Below, piece by piece: positions 17,701 through 24,404 of a stretch of DNA of 34,160 nucleotides (position 1 is the first letter of the stretch; each line of letters opens with the position of its first letter). Source of the DNA: Verrucomicrobiota bacterium (lineage in GTDB: Bacteria > Verrucomicrobiota > Verrucomicrobiia > Verrucomicrobiales > Akkermansiaceae). The stretch is taken from contig JBEDKU010000223.1 of NCBI GenBank assembly GCA_041172045.1, forward strand, positions 1-34,160. Reading direction: 5' to 3'. Made by a program: the position numbers and the translations under genes. The notes below the pieces were generated by a model that saw only the letters and a list, made by a program, of their open reading frames with translations, made no database searches and was not told where the DNA came from.

Positions 17701-19160
17701 CCCTGGGTTTTGGTTCCCTTGCAGCCAAGCGCGAAGTTCATCGCGCCTTTGGGAGCATCACAGCGGAGCTGGGTGCCTTCGCAATTCCAGAGGACGACCT
17801 GTGCGCCTGACCAACCGTGACCCGAGCCTGAGGACCCGCGGTTCTGGACGGCGATTTCACCTCCCTTGATGTTGTCGAACAGGAGGCCTTCCGCGTACCG
17901 CTGGTGCGGCCCGGTGTCGGCCATGGGGCTCACCGCAAGCGAATCCACAAAGGCAGAGGGGCCGAGCGTGCGGGCTGAGGTGACGTAGTCGTGGCGGCCG
18001 CCACGGGCATAGTTGCGTTGGAAAAGGGTGGTCGACGACCTGTCGCTGTTGAATGAGTAACCGCGCCCTCCTCCATCCGTTGAAACCTGATCAAGCATCG
18101 CGCAATCCTCCACAGTGATGTTTTTTGAATGGACCCAGGCATTCACGCAGCCGAATGCAAAGTATCTCGCCGTCACCTGCCGCGCCCAGCAGTCCTCCGC
18201 CTGATAGAATCGAACGGCTTCCCACCCGTGGTTTTCGTCCGTTGGGCTGGTAAAGGTTGATTCGAGGCGAATACGCTCGATGCCCGATTGGCGGACCGCA
18301 CCACTGAAGGTGTAGCGATAAACCTCGCCACCGCCGTATTGAGTCTCGATGGCTTGAGTGATCGGGGCGTCAAGCGTGATGGTGTTGCCATTGATGGCGG
18401 TGATGGTTCTGGGTGCCTCGACGTCGTAGTCCTGCGGAAGCCAGTCAACGGCTTCTGGGTCCGGAGCCCAGAAACTTGCCTTCATTTTAAGCCAATCGAT
18501 CCAAGCCTGATTGGGGGTCCGGTGGACGATGATGCGGGATCCAACGCTGAGTCCTGCCGTGGAGCCGAGGGTCATCGTGAATGTGCCAGCGGGCACGACG
18601 GCATTCGTGATGGGGGTCTCGGTGCCTGCGACCTTCGTCCATCCGGAGGTGCCCCTGAAGTAGAACAACAATGCGTAGGGATCGACGCCGTAAATGCTTG
18701 TCGAGGTGAACGTCACTACGGTGCCGGTCGACCCCTGACCTTCCCCACGAATGACGATACCACTGGAACTGATATTGACCCGGTCAGAAACGCGGTATGC
18801 TCCCGCCGTGAGGAGCAGGGCGCCCCGGAATCCGGCCGACGAGAGCGGCATCGCGGCGATCTCGTTGATCGCGGTCTGGATCCGGGCACGGTCATCACCA
18901 CCGAGCGGGTCCGGGGTAAGTGTCTTGACCACGGGAACCCATGGAATCGCAACCCCGCCCCCCATGTAGCCAGCAGTCGAGAAGTCGACTATACGGTTTG
19001 CCGCAGTGGTCTGCGACTGGTTGGCGTAGAGGCTGTATTGCAACTTGCCATCGGCCCCCGGAAAGACGAGCGACGAGTTAGGCTGGGCGTGGCTCGGCTG
19101 CGAAAGCAGGGCCAAACCCGCGACGACGGTGGCGGAAAACAGCGCGAATGGGTTTTTCAT
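14799..19160 (-). CDS. Multimodular secreted protein: pectin-lyase-fold (right-handed beta-helix) putative catalytic domain + PKD-like domain + shared beta-solenoid module + C-terminal domain (paralogue 4, ~1453 aa)
   Basis: Signal peptide MKNPFALFSATVVAGLALLSQPSHA from ATG 19160; DFSTAGYMGGGVAIP, DDRARIQTAIN, GALLLTAGAYRV, SGIVIRGEG (Pectate_lyase_3-like N-terminus); GRHDY, GPHQRYAEGLLFDN, GHGWSGA; WTQDSGPG...GTYVLRFSAS (PKD-like); VTWDAGGGD. ATG 19211 overlaps promoter E. Confidence 0.88.
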   Translation of the reverse strand: MKNPFALFSATVVAGLALLSQPSHAQPNSSLVFPGADGKLQYSLYANQSQTTAANRIVDFSTAGYMGGGVAIPWVPVVKTLTPDPLGGDDRARIQTAINEIAAMPLSSAGFRGALLLTAGAYRVSDRVNISSSGIVIRGEGQGSTGTVVTFTSTSIYGVDPYALLFYFRGTSGWTKVAGTETPITNAVVPAGTFTMTLGSTAGLSVGSRIIVHRTPNQAWIDWLKMKASFWAPDPEAVDWLPQDYDVEAPRTITAINGNTITLDAPITQAIETQYGGGEVYRYTFSGAVRQSGIERIRLESTFTSPTDENHGWEAVRFYQAEDCWARQVTARYFAFGCVNAWVHSKNITVEDCAMLDQVSTDGGGRGYSFNSDRSSTTLFQRNYARGGRHDYVTSARTLGPSAFVDSLAVSPMADTGPHQRYAEGLLFDNIKGGEIAVQNRGSSGSGHGWSGAQVVLWNCEGTQLRCDAPKGAMNFALGCKGTKTQGNPWTIGNEPFGIWESLNTPITPRSLYYKQLEDRLGKAAMLNVTSQSQRNGAIFTELSTWQGNGAPPGAPSWQPVQVEVLAEEAAPAGAGHKLYAAIHQPLPSNYPMTAGWTQDSGPGSAIFANAFAASTTVAFPVAGTYVLRFSASQTDGVSAITYSDSDTVTINADASPFGLAVTWDAGGGDNNWSTLLNWSDDASPTGDFVTFNTAGLLANGTTNTVASSQSIASLNYNFESSTTQHTTSIATGQTLDVAGSFLLAGSATAAAPTNVTLTGGTGALTVGGSTFQVGQTTPTAGSTTNLLDMSGLGSLSANLGGGGTFRVGPNTSLTFGPLVTMKLATASSITTDVLGLGDRSGRGGTHVMKLGSGANVINTNTFNIGSVAGRGNGDLSFETGTGSLLLRAADGTSPVTTFNLVNTSFGTGNLLSATADFTGHSVDAKISALNMAIRTGTSAGSTASFSFDAGTLEVGTVTLGRNANGTNAGTTNATINIGGGTAGFAAINMATSTAAAGSTTNATLNLTGGITTVTEDIIKIGGTGTTSAKVILDGGTLDMSNKKIGGGINNVLLTLASGALKNVAQVNGGGDLSKSSGGNLVLSGNNTFTGGMNLFGGEVKITHSGSFGLGVKNLNVQNGAYINLDGTAGDITLPSGISMTTAGLSILNTVGDNTINGTITIIAGNATTTVTSDGGSLDLAGAIASGTGTSRTLELSGASVSANTVSGVISDGTSPVSLVKTGTGTWVLTNPGNTYSGNTTVMMGILSVSTPNFNGASTVSIGTLANPGVAFLNLPDAGNAIVATLNIDGVGQPAGRTYGNASSVLPVIASSAITGPGTITVPGHGTPYTHWAEVFLPGNDVSNPAGDNDNDGLTNQQEFAFGLSPVNGASVNPILVQPDKAVGTFAYQRRAATGLTYKIFTSTTLAAANWTEDTAATQSQIATPSGSNETVAVTLTGAPFSAPRLFIRVAAE
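16040..17177 (-). repeat. Shared beta-solenoid module, copy 4 of 4 (approximate limits)
   Basis: VTWDAGGGDNNWSTLLNWSDD through ...TLDMSN. Confidence 0.85.
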
Positions 19161-19210
19161 CGGTTGATTCGTGGTCGCCCTTCGGGAAAATTCCTGGTGG
19201 GCTCCACCCA

Positions 19211-19245
19211 TTCACGACTTTTCCGGACAAAAGCTGACTGGATTT
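19211..19245 (-). promoter_or_regulatory. Putative ECF-sigma promoter E
   Basis: Minus strand AAATCCA GTCAG CTTTTGTCCGGAAAAGT CGTGAA; -35 at 19234-19238, -10 at 19211-19216, spacer 17. Confidence 0.8.
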
Positions 19246-19284
19246 CTGAAACTCATTTTCCGGCGGCGCAACGGATTGCCCGAC

Positions 19285-20442
19285 TCACGATCCATTGGCC
19301 GCGAACCGGACGAGCAGGCGCTGATAGGCCAGACTGCGCTCGTAGGAGGATTCCTGCTCGAGCTTTTCTTCCGCCGCGAGAATGTCGATGGCGCGCACGC
19401 GTTCACAAAGCACTTTGAGAAGGGTGCGGACCACGAGTCGCGCGTGGGCTGCGCCAAGGCAGAGATGCGGGCCGAAGCCGAAGGCGACATGCGGGTTGGG
19501 CTTGCGGTCGAGGCGGGTTTCCTCCGGACACTTGAAGACATCCGCGTCGTAGTTGGCCGAGGCGAAACACAGGGAAACGAGATCCCCGGGGCGAACGTGC
19601 GCGCCATGCAGTTCCATCTCCCGGGTGGCGATCCGGGCCAGATGCGTGACCGGGGAAATCACCCGGAAGAACTCCTCGCCCGCGTTGACAATCCGCCGGG
19701 GATCCTGCTTGAGCCACGCGAAATCCGATGGCGTCGCCCCGAGATGCGCGATGACTCCGGAAATCGAGTTGATGACCGTGTCGCGTCCGCCGGCGAACAT
19801 GATGCTGCAAAACCCCATCATCTCCACCCGAGTTAGAGGACGTCCCCGGAACGTGGCGCGGGTGAGGGCGCTGAAAAACGAGTCGCTGGTTTCGCGGGCT
19901 CCTTCATCTAGCAGCCTGTGGATGTAGGTTTCGAGGGCCGCTCCTTTCGAGGTGCCGTCGCCTTCGCGGAAAACGTGCGTTCCCCAGCCGATCCAGATTT
20001 CCGCCTCCGCATCGGGCATGTCGAGCAGGATGGCCAAGGCGCGTGATTGGAGGGGAATGGCGAACTCGCGCACGATTTCCAGCGAATCGCAATTCACGGC
20101 CCGGTCGACAAGCTCCCCCACCAGCGCCTCCATGCGGGCGATCACCTCGGGCAGCCTGGCCCTCGCGAAGAACGGCTCGGCAATCTTGCGGTAATCGGTC
20201 TGTTCGGGAGGGTCCACCTCAAGTGGAAGTTGGCGCACGCTGCGGACATCCTCCTCGGAGGGGATCGGCACGCGCATCGGGGCATCCGAGCTGAGGGACT
20301 GCCAGTCCCTGGCGGCGGACCGAAGGTCTGGGTGTCTCAGCACCATCGGCACCTCGTTGCCTTGGAAATTGTTGACCAGCACACCATCGCGCTCGCGGGC
20401 TTGCTTGAATGGATCCGGGCGGGTGTGGAACGGGCAGGGCAT
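19285..20442 (-). CDS. Cytochrome P450, CYP236-like (candidate O-methyl-sugar demethylase)
   Basis: Heme motif FGFGPHLCLG, ExxR (EFFR), I-helix FAGGRDT, DPPEQTDYR. The N-terminal DPFKQAR...PMVLRH...IPSEEDVRSVRQLPLEVDPP resembles CYP236A as I recall it; the subfamily is less certain than the P450 call. Confidence 0.93.
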   Translation of the reverse strand: MPCPFHTRPDPFKQARERDGVLVNNFQGNEVPMVLRHPDLRSAARDWQSLSSDAPMRVPIPSEEDVRSVRQLPLEVDPPEQTDYRKIAEPFFARARLPEVIARMEALVGELVDRAVNCDSLEIVREFAIPLQSRALAILLDMPDAEAEIWIGWGTHVFREGDGTSKGAALETYIHRLLDEGARETSDSFFSALTRATFRGRPLTRVEMMGFCSIMFAGGRDTVINSISGVIAHLGATPSDFAWLKQDPRRIVNAGEEFFRVISPVTHLARIATREMELHGAHVRPGDLVSLCFASANYDADVFKCPEETRLDRKPNPHVAFGFGPHLCLGAAHARLVVRTLLKVLCERVRAIDILAAEEKLEQESSYERSLAYQRLLVRFAANGS

Positions 20443-20471
20443 CAGTTGGAAATGAGGAGTTCTTCCAGGAG

Positions 20472-20506
20472 TCCACGATCGATCCGGAGAAAAGCTGACG
20501 GAGTTT
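20472..20506 (-). promoter_or_regulatory. Putative ECF-sigma promoter F
   Basis: Minus strand AAACTCC GTCAG CTTTTCTCCGGATCGAT CGTGGA; -35 at 20495-20499, -10 at 20472-20477, spacer 17. Confidence 0.8.
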
Positions 20507-20519
20507 CGTAAAGTCTTCT

Positions 20520-21596
20520 TCAGCGCCCCAGCAGTTTCAGGGAAATGTCATCGATATAAATCTCACCTCCGGGCGGCGAGTCTCGCGCGACTCCCAGCAC
20601 AAAGAACGCGTCTCCCCGCATTTCCCCGACTTTGACTTTCAGATCAAACGTGATTTTCACCATTTGATCATTCGCCAAGCCGAGATGGCGGTCGGCTTGC
20701 GACCAGCCTTTGGCGCCCGTATTGATCCGATAGATCGCGGCCTTTCTTCCCGGCCGCAGTTCCTCTTGGATGCCTGCGAAGAGAAACACGTCGTTTTGCG
20801 CAAAAGCAGTGCCTTCGACCGCGGGACGGATCAGCGTCACCCCGACCCGGATCGTTCGCCCGTCGATGTCGGCGAGTTGCAGCCGTTTCGCGCCCATCGC
20901 CGTTTCCGCGTAAATGCGTTGCCGGACCCAGCCCGCTTCGGCACTGCGGTCGATGGTGAGGCTCAGCGCTTGTTTGCTGGTGAGTTTGGATTCCGACTCC
21001 GGCAGGTGCCGCCCACCACTGAGGCTCTTGCCCGGATTGACCACCGAGGTCTGACGCTTGTTCGTGCTGGTTTCCCAGCCGACCACGGAATTGCGGATTT
21101 CACCTTCTTTGAGTGTTTCCGCTTCGAACGAGGCATTTTCCAATGCGGCGATCGATAGGGTTGGCGATTGTTGCCGCACGGTCTCCTGGCGGCTCAAGTG
21201 AACCCACCACGCCGTCGGGACCAGCGCCGCCAGCGCCAGCGCGGCGAGCCACCATCCGATGCGCCGGGCTTTTGCGGGTGCCTCGCCGCGCCCCAGGGAG
21301 GGTGCCACGCTCACCCGGTTAGAATGATGGGCGGTCACGGTGGAGACGCCGCCCGCCTGCTCGATGACCAGATTCCGATCCTCGTGGATTTCGATTCGAA
21401 GCGGGCGGGACAAGGAATGGAGTTCCGTGTGAAGCCGGATCCGCGCGGCGCAATACCGCCTGGCGCCCGGATCGTCCCGCAAGATCGCCTCGAGGCGCTT
21501 TGCTTGAGTTTCGTCGAGCCGCTGGTCCAGATAACGGTCCACCAGCTCGATCAATTCACCGCTCTCCGGCGGTTGTTCTGGGGGAATGATACTCAC
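20520..21596 (-). CDS. Putative membrane anti-sigma factor with an extracytoplasmic CBM-like domain (~358 aa)
   Basis: GTG start overlaps the sigma stop (GTGA). N-terminal LVDRYLDQRLDETQAKRLEAILRDDPGARRY is typical of PVC anti-sigma domains; one TM segment (IGWWLAALALAALVPTAWWVHL); C-domain runs from LENASFEA to IYIDDISL, like CBM4/9 jelly-rolls. Confidence 0.8.
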   Translation of the reverse strand: MSIIPPEQPPESGELIELVDRYLDQRLDETQAKRLEAILRDDPGARRYCAARIRLHTELHSLSRPLRIEIHEDRNLVIEQAGGVSTVTAHHSNRVSVAPSLGRGEAPAKARRIGWWLAALALAALVPTAWWVHLSRQETVRQQSPTLSIAALENASFEAETLKEGEIRNSVVGWETSTNKRQTSVVNPGKSLSGGRHLPESESKLTSKQALSLTIDRSAEAGWVRQRIYAETAMGAKRLQLADIDGRTIRVGVTLIRPAVEGTAFAQNDVFLFAGIQEELRPGRKAAIYRINTGAKGWSQADRHLGLANDQMVKITFDLKVKVGEMRGDAFFVLGVARDSPPGGEIYIDDISLKLLGR

Positions 21597-22201
21597 GTGT
21601 GTAATTCCTTGAGACGTTTCACAATGCAGCTCTGCAGGGAAGTCCGGATGCGCTCCAGTCGCTTGTAGAGGGTCTCCATTTTGCAACCCCGCTCCTCGGC
21701 GATAGCGGCGACGGTTTTTCCTATCCCGGCCTTTTCGTAGCGGGCGTCCAGCAGTTCACGTTGCATGGGATCGAGCCCGTCCAGACAGAGTTGCAGCGCG
21801 TCGAGTCGGCGGCGGCTGGGAACCGGATCCGCGGCGATTTGTTCCTGGGTTTCATTTCCCAGCGCCTCGACGACGTCCGGTGCCAGATAGACGATGCGCT
21901 TGCCCAGGCGGTGGCATTTCCGCCGATACGAACGCGCCTCGATGTCCGCGCACCGGAAAGCGTAACGCCGGAAATCCTCCGGGCTCCAGTCCGCGCCGTG
22001 TTTTTTCCAGAGGATCACGGCAATTTCCTGCAAACAATCCCCCGCCGCGCTCGGGTCTCCGCCGGTCCTTGTCACTAGAAACGCCGACAACGCCGGCCGA
22101 AGCTCGGCGAAATAGTCGGTAAACCGGGTAATCCTCGCATGATCGACTTCGGACAGGCCTGAGGCGAGTGCTTGCTCAAGATGGAGGGTTTTGGAAATCA
22201 T
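21593..22201 (-). CDS. ECF-type RNA polymerase sigma-70 factor (Rhodopirellula/Verrucomicrobium type, ~202 aa)
   Basis: Region 2 AAGDCLQEIAVILWKK...FRRYAF; region 4 ALQLCLDGLDPMQRELLDARY...VAAIAEERGCKMETLYKRLERIRTSLQSCI. ATG 22201 preferred over 22246. Confidence 0.92.
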   Translation of the reverse strand: MISKTLHLEQALASGLSEVDHARITRFTDYFAELRPALSAFLVTRTGGDPSAAGDCLQEIAVILWKKHGADWSPEDFRRYAFRCADIEARSYRRKCHRLGKRIVYLAPDVVEALGNETQEQIAADPVPSRRRLDALQLCLDGLDPMQRELLDARYEKAGIGKTVAAIAEERGCKMETLYKRLERIRTSLQSCIVKRLKELHT

Positions 22202-22476
22202 GAGGGTCCAGACGGGCTCGGCCTGGGAAGGATCACATCGACACACACAGGGTTTGAATCGATCGCAAGCAATGCGACAATCAGGCGGTTTTCAAGGCGA
22301 ATTTTCGGAACCCCGCGATCTGGGCCGGTCGCGCCAGTGGTGCCGGAATCCGGTTTGTGGGGAACCGCCTTGCTCCGCGTCACCGCCGGAGATCCTGCGC
22401 GGGACGTGAAAAACCGTCACGCGGGCGGTGGCCCGGGTGACGGCTTGGAGATTGCTAGACTGCTTTGAACCGTGGC

Positions 22477-24318
22477 TCAGGACAGTCTGGCGGCTAGCAG
22501 CTCGCGCTGGAAGATGAGCTCCTTGGGCAGGTCGTCGTAGAGGTCGATGAAGAGTTCGCCCTGGCTGACGAGCTCGGCCTTCCACTCGGCGCGGTTGAAG
22601 GCCATGACCTTGTCGTAGCTTTCCTTGGTGAAGTCTTCGAGTCCCTCGATGTTGAAATCCTCGAACGCGGGGGTCCAGCCGATCTGGGTTTCATAGCCGG
22701 CGGCGGCGCCGTTGCAGCGTTTGAAGATCCACTCTAGGACGCGCATGTTCTCGCCGTAGCCGGGCCACAGGAATTTGCCGTCCTCGTCCTTGCGGAACCA
22801 GTTCACGTGGAAGAAGCGCGGCAGGTTGGTGAGGTAGCGGCGCATTTCCAGCCAGTGGCCGAAGTAGGCTCCCATGTTATAACCGCAGAACGGCAGCATG
22901 GCCATCGGGTCGCGGCGGACTTTTCCGATCGTCCCCGCGGCGGCGGCGGTCATTTCCGAGCCCATGGTGGCTCCGACGTAGACGCCGTGGCTCCAGTTGA
23001 ATGCTTGATAGACCAGCGGCATGGTCGTCGGGCGGCGGCCGCCGAAGACGATGCCGTCGATGGGCACGCCTTCCGGATTCTGCCACTCGGGATCGATGGT
23101 CGGGCACTGCACGGCGGGCGCGGCGAAGCGGGCGTTCGCGTGGGCGGCGGGACGGCCGCAATCCGGCGTCCAGTCCTTGCCCGTCCAGTCGATGAGGTGC
23201 GCGGGCTTGGTGGGTGACATGCCTTCCCACCAGACGTCGCCGTCATCGGTTAGCGCGACGTTGGTGAAAATCGTGTTTTCCTTCATCGAGTCCATCGCGA
23301 TGGGGTTGGTCTCGTAGGCGGTGCCGGGAGCGACGCCGAAGAAGCCGGTTTCCGGGTTGATCGCGTGGAGCTTGCCGTCGGCATGCGGCCACAGCCAGGC
23401 GATGTCGTCGCCGACGATGGAGGTCTTCCAACCGGCGTCCTGATAGGACTTGGGCGGGATGAGCATGGCGAGGTTCGTCTTGCCGCAGGCGGACGGGAAG
23501 GCGCAGGTGAGATAGGTCTTGGTGCCGTCCGGCGCGTGGATGCCGACGATGAGCATGTGCTCGGCCATCCACTTGTGCTCGTGGGCGATGTTCGACGCGA
23601 TGCGCAGGGCGAGGCACTTCTTCCCTAGCAGGGCGTTTCCACCATAGCCGGAACCATAGGACATGATCTCGCGGGTCTCGGGGAAATGGACGATGTATTT
23701 GTCGTCGTTGCAGGGCCAGACGGTGTCGGCCTGGCCGGGTTCCAGCGGCGCGCCGACCGAGTGGAGGCAGGGGATGAAATAGCCGTGGCCATCGCGTTTT
23801 TTCGGAGTCGCGCCGCTGGCTTCATCTTCGAGCCGCTTGAGGACATGGGAGCCCATGTGGCACATGATGCGCATGCTGAGCACGACGTAGGGGCTGTCGG
23901 TGATTTCCACGCCGATCTTGGCCAGCGGCGAGTCGAGCGGTCCCATGCAGAACGGGAGCACATACATCACGCGGCCTTTCATGGAGCCTTTGAATTTCTC
24001 ATTCAGCTTCACGCGCATCTCGGCGGGATCGGCCCAGTGGTTGGTGGGGCCGGCCTGGTCGCGGCGCTTCGAGCAGATGAAAGTCCGCTCTTCCACACGG
24101 GCGACGTCGGATGGTGTCGAGCGGGCGAGGAAGGAGTTCGGGCGTTTGGCGGGGTTGAGGCGGGTGAAGGTGCCTCTTTCCACCAGCAGGGTGGAAAGGC
24201 GGTCCCATTCGGCTTGTGAGCCGTCGCACCACTCGACGGCATCGGGGGTGCAAAGGGTGATCATCTCATCGACCCATTTCTTGAGAGCGAGGTGCGTTGT
24301 TTCAATTGAGTTGCTCAT
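22477..24318 (-). CDS. pckG: Phosphoenolpyruvate carboxykinase (GTP)
   Basis: [101 protein letters not shown]. Start ATG 24318. Confidence 0.98.
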   Translation of the reverse strand: MSNSIETTHLALKKWVDEMITLCTPDAVEWCDGSQAEWDRLSTLLVERGTFTRLNPAKRPNSFLARSTPSDVARVEERTFICSKRRDQAGPTNHWADPAEMRVKLNEKFKGSMKGRVMYVLPFCMGPLDSPLAKIGVEITDSPYVVLSMRIMCHMGSHVLKRLEDEASGATPKKRDGHGYFIPCLHSVGAPLEPGQADTVWPCNDDKYIVHFPETREIMSYGSGYGGNALLGKKCLALRIASNIAHEHKWMAEHMLIVGIHAPDGTKTYLTCAFPSACGKTNLAMLIPPKSYQDAGWKTSIVGDDIAWLWPHADGKLHAINPETGFFGVAPGTAYETNPIAMDSMKENTIFTNVALTDDGDVWWEGMSPTKPAHLIDWTGKDWTPDCGRPAAHANARFAAPAVQCPTIDPEWQNPEGVPIDGIVFGGRRPTTMPLVYQAFNWSHGVYVGATMGSEMTAAAAGTIGKVRRDPMAMLPFCGYNMGAYFGHWLEMRRYLTNLPRFFHVNWFRKDEDGKFLWPGYGENMRVLEWIFKRCNGAAAGYETQIGWTPAFEDFNIEGLEDFTKESYDKVMAFNRAEWKAELVSQGELFIDLYDDLPKELIFQRELLAARLS

Positions 24319-24404
24319 AGCACACACAATCAAGCGGGCGCGTCTCGATTTGGCAATCCGATGCGTTGATAGGGGGTGAATATCTCAAAAAACGCGCAGA
24401 ATTG

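Noticed and set aside
1-19160. Calling the large proteins classical autotransporters, or targets of a diversity-generating retroelement
   Set aside because: No C-terminal beta-barrel in the three complete genes; no reverse transcriptase, and differences between repeats are not adenine-specific.
2720-20506. The six GTCAG motifs read as CRISPR repeats, REP elements or recombination sites
   Set aside because: They are kilobases apart, non-palindromic overall, always oriented towards a downstream start codon, and no cas, integrase or transposase gene is present.
24328-24356. Possible sigma-70 promoter for pckG (TTGCCA-N17-TTGATT)
   Set aside because: The -35 is plausible but the -10 lacks the conserved A; not enough support.
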